Source: Tubulanus polymorphus (Eukaryota; Animalia; Nemertea). From it: a stretch of DNA of 64,000 nucleotides. The notes beneath the pieces were generated by a model. That model saw only the letters and a program-made list of their open reading frames with translations, did no database searches and was not told the origin of the DNA. This document shows positions 27,601-38,890 of the stretch, one piece after another (position 1 is the first letter of the stretch; each line of letters starts with the position of its first letter). The stretch covers positions 5,382,275-5,446,274 of the forward strand of contig NC_134032.1 in NCBI RefSeq assembly GCF_964204645.1, given 5' to 3'. A program made the position numbers and the translations under genes.

Positions 27601-30600
27601 TTTCAAAACTTCAGGGAAGAGATCGATATCGTACTAGAAATTTCAAATTTCTTTATCCCACAGGCTTTAGGCAACAATCCGAAGATCACAGTCGTTGATG
27701 GCAACAAGTATTTATTCAAGCCAAAATTCACGATACGGGATCGACGCAGTTTACTGAAACTTCTCGATAAATATGACCAGCGCGGACTGGGCGGAATTCT
27801 GATGGACGATATTTCTGAATCGTTACCACGATGTGACCGTATTCTGAAGGTATATACCCTGCAGTGCAACTTGTATTTTTGAAATATCCATAGTCAGTTT
27901 TCTGAAATTTTTATGGTCAACCTTGGTTAATCCATATCACTGGGAATCAAGCTCTTTAGAGTGTCAGTGTCAATGTGCTCTTTCAGATAAGATTTCCGCA
28001 AATAGTGCCCTTTCTTTTCCCTTCTCTGCGTGTTTAGTGCCCTTTTCCAAACCACGGGTGCCCCTTCAAAAGGCAAAATTTGCTAACCAGGCCTGTGCCT
28101 TTGCATATAGAAATCGAATTAAACGTCAGTGGACATGGTAATAAGTGGATGGTCAAATAAATAATAATTTTGAAGGGCACTTTCAATTTTAGACATATTG
28201 GGTAATACAGCTAGTACGGTTGGATACACCACTGGATATGATGTTTGAAATTGATATATGTAGTGATCTGGATAGAAACATTGCGTGTATGTATTGATAA
28301 ATGATGATATGTAAGGCCATCCCAAAATAATTGTCTGTTTGCCGTAACACCGACTCAAGTTTTTCAGGATGAGTTGGTAGGTAGGTAGGATTTTTTTGCT
28401 AAATTTTTTTGGGCAAAAAAAAACAAATTTATCACCTTTTGAGCCCACTTGGGACTTAAGTCCCACAGGGCTATTGCGTTCACTTTTCGTTCGTCCATAG
28501 AAAGAATCCAGTTATTTTGGGAAGTTTTGAAGACGCAGCTATGGATGGTCTTCATGTTTGGTTTATACATGTATCCACCCTAGACACTTCTGCAGCTTTA
28601 AAGACTGGCCCTGTCACAATCAAGATGACCGACTGGGAGCCATTGTTGTTCGCCGAAATCAACACTTTTTACGCATTTTTGAAGTTTTCGAGGAAAAATA
28701 AGAAGACGCTTCCATTATCTTGATCTTTCGTATGTATATGTATCCGGCAAAGGCCCATTAGCAGAAGAAAAGTTGGGTCGATTGGACTCAAAATGGCTGC
28801 ACTCTGGCCTTTGTTGTGCCCAAAAATGTTGATTTTGGCCCAAATTCTATGTCCAGTAGCTTCCTACTGGTTTACCAGTTTTCATTGAAATTAGTGATGG
28901 GTATTCTATGGAAAGAGACCTTCAATGCATGTGACAGGTATTTTTGATCAGCCAATTATCATGCAATTGGCTGCCATCTTAGTGTCATCAGTACCACGGC
29001 TGCCAATTTCACTCCAGTATTCCGGTAGAATGCCAATCGAATACCCTCATAATCAATTTCGAATCGAATTCTGATGATGATGATGACGATGACGATGACA
29101 ATCGATGGATGACGATGATGATGATTGATGATGATGATGGTGAACTGGAAGAAGGTGAAGTAACTGCAACGAAGAGAAAATCCAAATAAAGGACTAGTTA
29201 CAAACAACAGAAGAAAAAAACCTGTGTCGCTAATCATAAACGCAAAGCAGAATATATCTCCAAGTATCCGTGCATTGTTCCACCTCAAATATCAAATAGT
29301 TATGCACTGTGTACTGTCTGTAACCTTGATTTTCTTGGTACACACGGTGGGCTGACAGATGTCAGGAAACGTTGTAAAGAAAGCAAAAGTCACAAAGCTA
29401 AGTCAATAGCGTCTAAAATCACTTGCTATTTCACATCAAATACTCCAACAGCAGACAAATTGGTCACCCTAAGGGCGGAGGTGATGTTTATTGATTTTTT
29501 GGTCGAACACAGCATAGCTTTTGCAGTATCAGATCATGCTACACTGTCAGCATGATACACGCGATCGTGGTCGACACAGTATCCGGACAAGATCAAGAAT
29601 AATACGAACAAGACTGTGCAGAAAACTGATTATCGCTGCTTCGCAGCAATATTTCTTTATTGATTCTCGACACAAAAAAATGGCACGTTGTACGTCCATG
29701 CATATATGATATTCACATACATTTTTACGCACATTGTACGTCCATAGATATATGATATTTACATACATGTTTACTCAACATATAATGTTTTAAAAAAATA
29801 ATTTGTGTTTACTGTCACGCTCTCGTGAACCCGACTGTCTTGCCCAGCCTCTAATGGCCCTGCGGGTCCAATTAATCTTCTAATCATGTTTGACCAGGGA
29901 GTCCACGTAAAATTCGTAGAAGTCACTGCTTTTCTTCATTTTATCCGCTTTAATTTTGTGCAGTGTCTGTACATGTTGACCAGAAAGAACGGCCATTTAA
30001 GAAAGAGTTCACATAGTTAGCCCAAAATCAACGAAGCCATTAATCTTTAGATAAAGGATATTCTGTAAATAAAAAACGATTTGTTAGAAAATATTGGAAC
30101 TAAGATTAATTATGCATATGCTCGGGATTATCTTGACAAAAAAAACGTTTGTATCAATATGCAGATGAATTTTAAACAATTCTAATTCGCATTAAATACA
30201 CCATACATTATTTGTCTTGTTTTTACTACTGCTTGACGCTAAGGTTATGATGAGACGGTTTTGTACGCCATCTCATTTACGGCGATAGAATGATACTACG
30301 AGGGAATGTCGACTGTCGCTTCTGCGAATAGATACGGCATATTGTTCATGTCGAGCTGGTGCACTGTAGGACAAAATTCATTAAAATTAGACTATTCATT
30401 AAAAAGCCGAATTTAATAAACCCGACCAGACAGAAAGAAACTGTTTAGTTTAAAATGTTATAAACTCTATCAGTTCATTTCTAAACTGCCGGGTCTGATA
30501 TAGTAAAATATCATTGATCATGGTTTAATAAAAGTAATGTACAAGGTAGATATGTGGCCGGCTGTGTCAACTATTAAGCTCAGCAATGAGTGTAGAGACA

Positions 30601-31797
30601 ATGTATCAATTTTTTAGCCTTAGGTCTTGGCTTTGAATCCTGAAAATCCGGACAGAGTTTGTATGGAACTTTCGAATACTTTCTCATCTCCCGATACAGC
30701 TAGATTTGATTTCAGCTTCAGCAACAAAAATATGAATATGACATCTGAAATGCTTTTGATTTAAGGAAACCTTATAATTTGTTAGGAGGCTTATAATTTA
30801 TAATGATTATATGTATTTCATGTCAAAATCTATTCAGCCGACTTAAAATGGGTTACGTATTTACCTTCTCTTCTTTGTATAAACAACTGTTTGTCATTTA
30901 AAAACTCCTTCAATGCACTAACTTCTGCGCTGAATCTAACAGTGCCCATGGGCACCTTGTTGAATTTTTTCAATTCAACGTTGAAAAACATTTTCATTAA
31001 AATCATTTCATTAGACGCCTACCGCTGTTGGTAAAGACATCTGTAATCACTAATTACATCAAATACCATGATGTGGCTCCATCATTGCAGTGCAGTGTAG
31101 CTAGTTTTGATCACTTTTGACCGATGAAATAAATCCTAATTAAACATATTTTATTTTATCTCATGCTGCCATTTTTTCAGATTCTTGGTGACCAGGTTCT
31201 GCAAGTACCGCGCGGCGCCGATAAGAAGGTTGTGCTGTTTTATAACGATAAGTCGTTCCAGTTCGAAGCCGATGAGGAGCTGCAGAAATTGTGGCGAAGC
31301 GTCCCTGTGGATGGCATCGATGAACAGAAAATAGAAGAGTATCTAGAGAAACAGGGCATCAATTCGATGCAGGATATAAGCAGCAAAAAATCGGTAAGAG
31401 AGGGAGCAAAGAGAGTACGGTCCAAGAAATGTTTTTGAATCAATTACCTGTCCGTGCCCGCCGCAAACTGATGACTGTGCCTGTTGTGGGCTGCTATGGG
31501 CTTACAGAACCCATTGCTGGCTAATGACTGCTCATGGGCCGATAGTGCCCACAGCTGGGTGATCATTGTGCTGACCGTCTGTCAAGGGCTGATGACTGCC
31601 TCTGGGGAAATAGAACTCACTGCTGGCTGTCTGTAGACAATATATCTACCCCAGAGATGTGTTATGTTTTACAGGTACCGATCCAGAAGCGCAAACGCTT
31701 GAACACAAGGAAGAAATCACGACCGACTAAAACTCATAATGATCATCTCGGAGATTTATTGAAAGACTATTCTGAATTAACAGATAAAAAATCGTAA
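614..31797 (+). CDS. GTF2E2: General transcription factor IIE subunit beta, last five coding exons: 614-699, 27468-27575, 27664-27849, 31181-31393, 31675-31797 (5' exons lie upstream of the window)
   Basis: All exons have AG/GT boundaries and splice in frame to (D)[28 protein letters not shown]|[36 protein letters not shown]|[62 protein letters not shown]|ILGDQV...[12 protein letters not shown]...[29 protein letters not shown]...|VPIQKRKR...[15 protein letters not shown]...*. These are recognisable TFIIE-beta motifs. AATAAA at ~31866. Confidence 0.95.
1640..2135 (-). repeat. Partial Helentron-associated (HINE/DINE-1-like) element, family A, with internal ~150-bp tandem units
   Basis: Reverse-complement match to the 3' part of 6719-7268 (CTAGGGGTCC...GCCCACTTGG end), with repeated CATAGAACATGTCATGAGCTACA units. 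A related fragment lies at ~735-860. Confidence 0.65.
2339..2389. repeat. Short hairpin with ~19-bp arms (AACAGGTGCAGCTCTGTAT / ATACAGAGCTGCACCTGTT)
   Basis: Perfect inverted repeat around an AT-rich loop. Confidence 0.8.
2886..6637 (+). pseudogene. hAT transposase with four spliceosomal introns (exons ~2886-4186, 4331-4506, 5335-5505, 5750-6006, 6390-6637), frameshifted
   Basis: Zn-finger CTVC...[54 protein letters not shown] and the C-terminal dimerisation motif [12 protein letters not shown]...[13 protein letters not shown] boundaries link the pieces. Several frameshifts (~3230, ~3590, ~3945, ~6460). Confidence 0.88.
6719..7268 (+). mobile_element. Non-autonomous Helentron-associated element (HINE/DINE-1-like), family A
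   Basis: Subterminal inverted repeat GCCCACTTGGG ... CCCAAGTGGGC, (GTCC/GTCT)n microsatellite after the 5' end, short 3' stem-loop, T-rich flanks. Confidence 0.7.
7734..8492. mobile_element. Non-autonomous TIR element (hAT-like MITE) inserted into another family A HINE
   Basis: TIR CAGGGATGAAA / TTTCATCCCTG. It interrupts the AGCCCACTTGGG...GTCCCAATGGGCTATTGC start of the host repeat, with an imperfect CTTGGG/CTTTGGG duplication. Confidence 0.7.
12021..17028 (+). pseudogene. Protein-primed family B DNA polymerase (pPolB) with N-terminal zinc fingers, a vOTU-like protease segment, an endonuclease VII-like insert and an intein; several stops and frameshifts
   Basis: ORF pieces 12021, 12762, 13348, 14404, 14604, 15687, 16525. 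Motifs: [13 protein letters not shown], Exo[13 protein letters not shown]...[15 protein letters not shown], Exo[12 protein letters not shown], Exo[12 protein letters not shown], motif [13 protein letters not shown], motif [11 protein letters not shown], split motif C, then SKMYS and KLKGI. Confidence 0.93.
15549..16578 (+). mobile_element. Intein with LAGLIDADG homing endonuclease inserted in pPolB motif C; C-terminal splice junction deleted
   Basis: The extein ILYFD is followed directly by [10 protein letters not shown] (block A), VWTRNGWKK...[17 protein letters not shown] (block B, TxxH), [11 protein letters not shown] and [10 protein letters not shown] (two LAGLIDADG helices) and [10 protein letters not shown] (block F). 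The sequence then jumps out of frame to SYILKIKT (C-extein). In-frame stop at 15597. Confidence 0.92.
17080..17510 (-). pseudogene. Polinton small zinc-finger protein, frameshifted
   Basis: Minus-strand TAAATG start gives [22 protein letters not shown]. It continues, with shifts, towards ORF 17080-17367 (FCEPC...H...H). Confidence 0.5.
17579..18333 (+). pseudogene. Putative minor capsid (penton-like, single jelly-roll) protein
   Basis: Pattern IFVHSR...[13 protein letters not shown]...PGLYN...LAKMLGF...IYCNLID...LLDILP...[15 protein letters not shown] resembles Polinton/virophage pentons. One stop and one frameshift or more. Confidence 0.65.
18702..18905 (+). CDS. Polinton small hydrophobic protein
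   Basis: 67-aa ORF with a TAAATG start, in the viral gene array. Confidence 0.6.
   Translation: MSDNNWIITGLYNGALLSVGALLSVFKMGSVNVDRFDINDILKLTLAVTLSNLTIDYLEKRKYIPLL
18930..19337 (+). CDS. Polinton conserved protein with N- and C-terminal hydrophobic helices (possible virion or membrane protein)
   Basis: [26 protein letters not shown]...[18 protein letters not shown] start. Confidence 0.6.
   Translation: MASAVITIIGSAIVNALAFTGGGYLFKHIDKNGSLTEQKRHNLALEKYNKAAEEYRERGKTIWIILTRNYMIRRFQSVDDAMSLYNAVTNKGKLNLHKPTISDYYTPSKEQQKYEIIWILGGTVIVIFVAYKFTN
19357..19791 (+). CDS. Polinton two-transmembrane, coiled-coil protein
   Basis: Intact 144-aa ORF with two hydrophobic helices and a TAAATG start. Confidence 0.65.
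   Translation: MDDKVDNIDIIPHDMNKTKLKIYLEKQILEFENDLKVKKKKYLKSKIIYYLIISGSVTISSVITFLAIFSPLTPLAISIGVLGLSSSVLTGISSKLNIKSNKEKIKTNIKEINKFKNTLDNIISLNGHITVEEQDKLLKELINY
19808..21130 (+). pseudogene. Polinton conserved protein of unknown function with a C-terminal TM helix; internal stops
   Basis: [20 protein letters not shown] motif. The frame continues past stops at ~20654 and ~20670. A diverged homolog lies at 26150-26850. Confidence 0.7.
21147..22186 (+). pseudogene. Polinton coiled-coil / membrane protein, disrupted
   Basis: TAAATG start at 21147. C-terminal piece 21875-22186 ([11 protein letters not shown]...[16 protein letters not shown]). Confidence 0.55.
22171..22534 (+). pseudogene. C-terminal remnant of putative major capsid protein
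   Basis: [20 protein letters not shown]...GMRMIDQW...[19 protein letters not shown]...DGIQL...IISDAQLNI...IQY*. It has no start of its own and is fused to the end of the previous gene. Confidence 0.6.
22565..23687 (+). pseudogene. Retroviral-like DDE integrase with C-terminal chromodomain
   Basis: [52 protein letters not shown], chromodomain YKIEKVL...[15 protein letters not shown]. Stops and frameshifts present. Confidence 0.92.
23688..24137 (+). pseudogene. A32/FtsK-like genome-packaging ATPase, 3'-truncated
   Basis: Walker A GVTNCGKT, Walker B LFIIDD, SGRHFGI, and Q...I..DFRENI. Confidence 0.88.
24247..24504 (+). CDS. Polinton small basic protein with C-terminal TM helix
   Basis: [17 protein letters not shown] is homologous to KKKARSEKQIKWARELG in ORF 60577-60840. 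Confidence 0.7.
   Translation: MNKVEEVKKKPRSQKQIEWSRQLGIKSQEYKKAVKEKISNKNVNKNSENIVISTPSNDRIFDKCLYFTVGFVIVFILIGCNWYKK
25636..25962 (-). CDS. Polinton terminal small protein (possibly an OB-fold ssDNA-binding protein)
   Basis: Open frame starting MGDRKAF just inside the right TIR, with a KKL...KTKY...KVFLP pattern. The function is inference only. Confidence 0.5.
   Translation of the reverse strand: MGDRKAFLATINNRIKPAKKQFEIKKLVDVTKEIEHKILKLEKIKTKYAEKVSANLSYCNVSTSREFKVFLPDKWVSLSTEELKDLEGFNIIYHGKNEDGHHNLEIVD
26150..26850 (-). pseudogene. Degraded fragment of a related Polinton gene outside the right TIR
   Basis: [13 protein letters not shown]...[19 protein letters not shown] matches the 19808 gene in inverted orientation. 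Confidence 0.8.
28441..28980 (+). repeat. HINE family A copy (related pieces at 8500-8710 and 9735-10040)
   Basis: Same AGCCCACTTGGGAC...GGGCTATTGCGTTCACTTTTCG start as 6719 and a shared body. Confidence 0.65.
28995..29545 (+). mobile_element. Truncated 5' copy of the 2515 hAT element
   Basis: GGCTGCCAA terminus followed by sequence collinear with ~2664-3345, with internal deletions and an expanded (GAT)n tract. Confidence 0.85.
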
Positions 31798-32069
31798 TAC
31801 AATCGTCCAACCCTTACTGGCCGCATATTCTCATTGCTGTAAACATACGATTAATTGTGTTTGTTAATAAATAAGGAAATGTTTGTTAATTCAGGTTTTA
31901 CTTATGATTTCCGTGGATTTGGCTGCAGCATTGAAGCTATCGTCACCAAGCTGAGGATTAGAGTCGAGGGTATGGGAGCTTATGGATGAAGAAATATACC
32001 TTAAATTATATTTCTTGAATATCAAGAAATTTGGTACTGCCTTGTGGATCTGGAAACTTAATCAGGGAT

Positions 32070-33797
32070 GAGAATTCCCCGCCGTTTCCCGTGGATTTCG
32101 GTATTGGAAAATATCAATTTTCCAAATAGTCCAAAATTGATGTAAAAGTATGAGGGGGTGATGATCTCGAAAAAACTGATGCTAGAATGAGTTTTCAACA
32201 TTAACGCCCCCTAGTGGTTAGAATAGGAACTAATTATGTTAGGGATTCGTTGTATCTTATATCCGGGTACATGTCTATCAATTTTCATAGAGATCCCTTT
32301 ATCCGCTTAGTAGCTATCAATGAAAATGCATTTCCAGCAAAATGTAGGTGGCGCTCCTGGAGAACCATATAAGTTACCTACTTAAACCATACATACATCC
32401 AAGTATCTTGAAAAGGGCTACTAACCACACATTGCAACCTCGATTCTATCGCCAACGGTTAAGGACCTAGGAGCAAAAATTGTTGTTTTCACAGTCCCCT
32501 GGTGGCAGTTGTATGAACTAATCATGCAGGATGGCATATTACACACATGTCTTTGTTCTTATACCAAGTTTTGTGATTTTCATAATAAACAGACCGCATT
32601 AAATGCGAAAAATGGATGCTGAAATCGATTTTTCAAAATTTACGCCCCCTAGTGGGAACTAATCATATAAGGGGTTCGTTTCGTTTTGTAACCAGGTACA
32701 TGTGTATCAATTTTTATAGAAATCCATCGATACCCTTAGTCGATATAGATGAAAATGCGTATTCCAGCGTCTTATAGGTGGCGCTACTGGAGAACCATAT
32801 GAGTTACATAGTTATACCATACATCAATAAAAGCGTCTTCGCAAGGGCTACTGGTCACTCGTTGCAACCACAATTCTATCTCCAACGGTTGAGGAGCTAG
32901 GAGCTAAAATCTCATTAAAAAATTTGGGGGCCCATTTTCGAGCCCGTAGAGCCCAAACGGTTAATCGCAGATAGGGCGTGCCACTCACTTTTTTAACCTC
33001 CGGGCTGTTATGAACAACTTTTGTGCTCGCCCGAAGCTGAAAAGTCAAAGACAAAAAATTTTCTCACACAGTAACTTTTCGATGTCAGAATTTTCAAATG
33101 TAAAACACCCCCTGGTGGGTGATCGGGGTCCCCGATCTAAGATCCTCTCGACTTACCTCAAGGTACCTGTGTTCCGTACATCTCAGGAAAGTTTCAAGTA
33201 AATCCGTCAAGGAATATTGTAATGCTAGCAGAATATAATCATCCAGGCTCTCGCGTATAGCTGCATTAATTAGCTCTATACAGGGAAGATACTGCCAGGA
33301 TTGCTATTGCTTGTATAGGCGACACAAACAAGGCTAAATTCCTCAGTTGCGTTCACTCGAGACTGACCTCATTCAGTGCGCCACAATAGAAGAAGAGATA
33401 AAAATACTAAAAAACTACAGATCTAGTACACCAGCTCTATCAATGCTTATATGGACACTGACACAAACAGACGCACTGATGCGCTGTGGGAATGACACAC
33501 AGGCAATACATATACGTAGATGGATACTGTTTGAATCGGGCTTAAATTTCGATGTTTAGAGGCTCACAGTGAGTAAACAGTGCAATTCTGATTAATATTA
33601 TACGCAGTATTTGTCAACGCAGTGTAGTACTTGTGATACAGAATGGATTCACCGACAGTGAAAGTAAGTTGCAGTAGTTTATATGCTTTCAGTAAGATCC
33701 AGTGTGAAAAAGAATATAATAATAATAATAATAATAATAATGATAATAATCAGCAGGAATACAATAGGGTTTCTGCGAAGGCAGCAGAAACCCTAAA
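32070..33797 (+). mobile_element. Non-autonomous Helentron-like element, family B, with ~430-bp internal tandem units
   Basis: Repeated ACGCCCCCTAG...GGAACTAAT...TAGGTGGCGCT units. It ends in (AAT)n-CAGCAGGAATACAATAGGGTTTCTGC...GCAGAAACCCTA, a stem-loop. Confidence 0.65.
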
Positions 33798-35321
33798 TAT
33801 AGCTGCAAAGCAGCGATAACGGGTTTCTGCCTTGCCGGGTTAAATACCGTACTAGGAAGGTTGCAAAGGATTTCACTGAAATCAGTTCATAACGTACCAC
33901 TATCTGTGAAGAAGCGCCACCTAGCGGTTAGCCTGTGTCACGGGTCAGCCCATATCATGGATATGTTGACCTATGACTCTTAAGTGCAAAGTAATGATGT
34001 ACCAAGTTAAGGGAAAATAGGTGATACAGTGTTCTACCATTCCCTCGTAGCAGTTGTATCAACAGATTTAGCTGGTTAGCCTAGTATACCCATGTACATG
34101 TACTCACACCAGGTTTTGTGATATCTATAATAAAATGGCAGAATTACACGCGAAAAACGGATGCTAGAGTGTCTTTTCAAGATAAACGCCCCCTAGGGAT
34201 TAGAATAGGAACTAATTATGTGAGGGGTTCGTTGAATCTTGTATCAAAGTACATGTGTGTCAATTTTCATAGAAATCCCTCCGTCCCATTAGTAGATATC
34301 ATTGAAAACGCATTTCTAACAACTTGTAGGTGGCGCTACTGGAGCACCATATGAGTTACCTACTTAAAGCATACATCAATACAAGTGTCTTGTAAAGGGC
34401 TGCTAGCCACATATTGCAACCTCGATTCTATTACCAACGGTTAAGGACCTTGGAGCAAAAATCGTTGTTTTCACAGTCCCCTGGTGGCAGTTGTATGAAC
34501 TAATAATGCAGGATGGCATATTACACACATGTCTTTGTACTTATACCAAGTTTTGTGATTTTCACAATAGACCGCATTAAATGCGAAAAATGGATGCTGA
34601 AATCGATTTTTCAAAATTTACGCCCCCTAGTGGTTAAAATGGGAACTAATCATATAAGGGGTTCGTTTCGTTTAGTAACCAGGTACGTGTGTATCAATTT
34701 TTATAGAAATCCATTGATACCCTTAGTCGATATAGATGAAAATGCGTATTCCAGCGTCTTATAGGTGGCGCTACTGGCGAACCATATGAGCTACATAGTT
34801 ATACCATACATCAATACAAGCGTCTTCGCAAGGGCTACTGGTCACTCGTTGCAACCACAATTCTATCTCCACCGGTTAAGGAGCTAGGAGCAAAAATCTC
34901 TTAGAAAAATTTGGGGGCCCATTTTCGAGCCCGTAGAGCCCAAACGGTTAATCGCAGATAGGGCGTGCCATTCACTTTTTTAACCTCCGGGCTGTTATGA
35001 ACAACTTTCGTGCTCGGCCGAAGCTGAAAACTCAAAGACAAAAATTTTTCTCACACAGTAACTTTTCGATGTCAGAATTTTCAAAAGCAAAACGCCCCCT
35101 GGTGGGTGAACGGGGTCCCCAATCAAAGATCCCTTCAACTTACCTCAAGGTGCCTGTGATCCGTACATCTCACGAAAGTTTCAAGTAAATCCGTCAAGGA
35201 ATATTGTAATGCTAACAGAATATAGCCATCCAGGCTCTCGCGTATAGATACCGTAGCTGCATTCATTAGCTCTATCCAGGGAAGTTACTGCAAGGATGCT
35301 ATTGCTTTTGCTTGTATATGT
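33798..35321 (+). mobile_element. Second family B Helentron-like copy, 5' part (3' part resumes at 51529)
   Basis: Starts AGCTGCAAAGCAGCGAT. 34150-35310 parallels 32170-33315, and 51545-51985 parallels 33335-33797. Confidence 0.7.
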
Positions 35322-36565
35322 CGGTTCCTGAACTTCGCTGAAAAAGCTGAAACATTGAAAAGCTGAAACGCTGAAATAAAAACGCTGAAATGTCAGGGAA
35401 TTCCCGAAAAACGCTGAAATCGTGCTAGGTACCGACAATACACGTTTTGAAATGTTTTCCGGGCCGGTGTCCGCTGATGAGTCCTGAACCGTGTTTTATG
35501 CTCTAGCTTCGGTTACAGAGACATGCCTTTAGGTCGTCGTCATGATCGACTTGATCGATTGCGGATTGCGTGGATTGTTAGATGTGTTTTTTGCCATAGT
35601 TTTATGTGCATATACCGGTACGATCTAACTATGAAGTTATCACTTCATTTGAATAAATTCTTAATTACAGTAATATTAATTCACAATATTTTTTCTTATG
35701 TTTGGTGATTTCTTGCAACTTATCATTGCCAAGTCTCATACAAGTAGTAGCTGAATGAAAGTACAGTTATAGGCTGAACCTGATAACCCAAATTAAGTGC
35801 TAGCATGGAACTAATGATTATTTTGATTCTATTTTCGGTGTCATTGAAATTCGTTAATAAAGGTTCAACCGTCATAGTATACTGTACTTAGCACTGCGAC
35901 GATTGGGTGCCATATTTCTACAATTTCTACAAGGAGGAAGGAGTCTTTAAGTATCTTTGTTCCCGGGTAGGGTACGGGGTAAAACCTGGTTTACTTTCTC
36001 TTTCGACTTGCCGGAGACTACTATCTGCAATGTATTGCATGCTTTGATTTGTCTAGCCTATAGGAGTCGAACGATATTTTCCCATACACAGGCTTGGCTT
36101 TAGTGTAGATGAAGGCTAGGCACTGCACATTGTGGATTGACTGGAACTCTTAACTCACAAAATTAAACGAGTCAACAAGAAAGATCCAATAATTGGACGT
36201 TTGTCTAACTATATTATTTAACAGCTTAAAATAATACATGACACATTCTGCAAGAGTACACAAAGGAAATCAGTTCTTACATTATATCAGAATCAATAGT
36301 TCGTTTAACTCTGGCTAGAATTCTGGTTCCATCGCTTCATATTCTAATGACATCCACTAGCATACCTAAGAATATCGCTTAGCTTAAGACTAAAAATTTG
36401 GTACCAGGAAACAGGGAAGAAAAGTGGGTGTACTGTACATCCGCAATTGACTTATTTCTCTCTGGTTGAATCAAGTTATTATTGAAATAGCATTCGAATA
36501 GCCATTTTATTTTTAAAAATTGTGTCGTTCAGCTATCCTGCTGCAAATTTCGCAGTTGAAGTTTA

Positions 36566-37461
36566 TGCAGCTATCAATGTGAACCCTGACCCCACCTAGT
36601 TCATCCATCGCCAGGATTTCGACGTGAAAATTGGTGGATCCTGAACGAAGACTTTTTTAGTAATTAACGAATCTCTGGCGAACCCAAAAGAAATGGGTGT
36701 CGTATCTCTATCGAATGCGTGACGATTATGTATTCATTGAGCATCGAATGTCTGGCGGATTCCAATCTAAACCTACTTCGAAAGTCTGACGAAAAGCGGT
36801 TTGATATGCGGTTTGAACATACGGGACATATAGTCAGTTTACCTTCCGTTGTTACGCTCCCGATCGGATATGTCGCTTCACTAAAACGTCAGGTCGCCAG
36901 AGCCTCTATATCGAGGGAAATTCTCACAGAAGTTGTCACATTTAATTGTTAGCTTAGCATTATTTATCACTTCAATCTTCATTAAAATAAACAGCATAAG
37001 TTCTATTTCAACTCTTTGGAGCTATTATATTACATGGTTCCCCTAAAGCCCAAACCAGCCACTTGACTGTTATTTCTTTTACAATGAAGTTTGATCTTGG
37101 AAGAAACATGACGTTGCTTCATCTATCATGTCTGCAGCATGTCACTGCTGTTTCAAAAGGCTTATAAAATGAGTTAAGTTTTGTTAAGATTTTATAGTTT
37201 TAATAAAAGAAATGAAATTAATAAACATGCTACATTGTGTCGAATACCTGGCGTATTGTATTTCTTAAGGAAATCTGTCTAGTGGAAAGCTGTCGAAGCC
37301 CTGACGAGGTTATTCTATAAAAGTGACGAAAACCTGACTAATGTCATCTATGGTAATAGTGATAATCTGTCGAAACCTGAGCGGAAAGATTTATGGTATG
37401 TGTCGAATTGGAGTCGAATGTCTGAACTAGTGGGGGGTCAGGGTTCACATTGATAGCTGCA
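36566..37461. mobile_element. PIF/Harbinger-type MITE
   Basis: ~38-bp TIR TGCAGCTATCAATGTGAACCCTGACCCC...CTAGTTCA and TTA on both flanks. Confidence 0.8.
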
Positions 37462-38499
37462 TTACTGGTGTCATCTGATTTCTCAGTGTCTCAAAAAAAT
37501 TGCACATTCTAAGCCTGAATCTAAAAACAGAAAAAGGTACATTTTAGTAGGATATAAAAGAATAGTGGCTTATACACCCTGGACTATATAGCCTATGGGG
37601 TGGGCCTAGTTTGAAAGCACTGAGGTCCGAGGGAACAGCAGTTAGTAAATAAATACTGAAATTAAACCTACAAAACACCCAGTACTTGAGATGATGTACT
37701 TGACAAGAAGTGTCTCCAGCTAAGCAAATCAACTTTGTCTATGACTCCTCCTTTTATAGAATGTAGTAGTCTAAAAATAAGAATCGGTACATTTTTCTAA
37801 CAGTTGGTATGTCATTTCTTCAAAAAAACTAATTATTACCACGCCACAGCAAATGAATTATTCACAGTTGTTGAATGGTTTGCCCGATTTAGATTAATTG
37901 GTTGACGCTAATCAGTATGACCCATACGCAGGGGCCTACTGCACGCATTATGAGTTTTCCGGTTTGCTCGGCTACCCGTACTGGCGGGGTAGTCTAGATA
38001 GGCAAATGAAAGCTCCGGTTTGCTGAACTACCCCTCTTTGCGGGGATGCGGTATGATGTTTGATCTGACAGTTTCAAGTGGTTAATGGGTGTTTCAAGTG
38101 CTTACAACAATGCTTATTACTTAATGTGGTACATGGTGGTTTAAAAAAAGATTTCATAATGATACGCTCAAAGTATAGGCCTACCGCGTAGGCTTCGTAG
38201 AAAGACCACTGCCTGTGGCCTTCCCAAATTTTAATTGTTCTGTCCGATTTGGTTTCGTCCAATTGAAAGACTGCCTTTTCCAGTTAGGGCATTTTTGGAT
38301 CACATCACTCAGGAAATGACTTACGCTTTTGGGCCCTTTCGTCGGTCCCACGTGTTTTATTTGAGCTATAGACCACATGGTGACACCATGATGGTCAGAA
38401 ACTGACCAATTGAGATATTCCCGAGTCTGAACACCTGGCTGCGAATTTCGGAAATTTATCAAGTCATGTTTGTTTTCAAACTACCGAAGTATCATCATT

Positions 38500-38890
38500 G
38501 CAAATTCATAAATTGACCATCACTGACCACCACTGACCAATTCAAACTTCTCGAATATGAGTTCGATATACCGCGTTATGGTGTCAAACTAGAAAGGATT
38601 CGCCATAGATATTGAGAATTCATAAATTGACCATCACTGACCACCACTGACCAATTCAAACTTCTCGAATATGAGAACGATATACCGCGTTATGGTGTCA
38701 AACTAGAAAGGATTCGCCATAAATATTGAGAATTCATAAATTGACCATCACTGACCACCACTGACCAATTCAAACTTCTCGAATATGAGAACGATATACC
38801 GCATTTGGTGTGAAACTAGAAAGCATTCCCCATTAGAATTCACAAATTGACCATCACTGACCACCACTGCCCAAGTGAAACTTCTCGAAT
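38500..38890 (+). repeat. Tandem repeat, ~118-bp unit, ~3.3 copies
   Basis: AATTCATAAATTGACCATCACTGACCACCACTGACCAATTCAAACTTCTCGAATATGAG repeated. Confidence 0.9.
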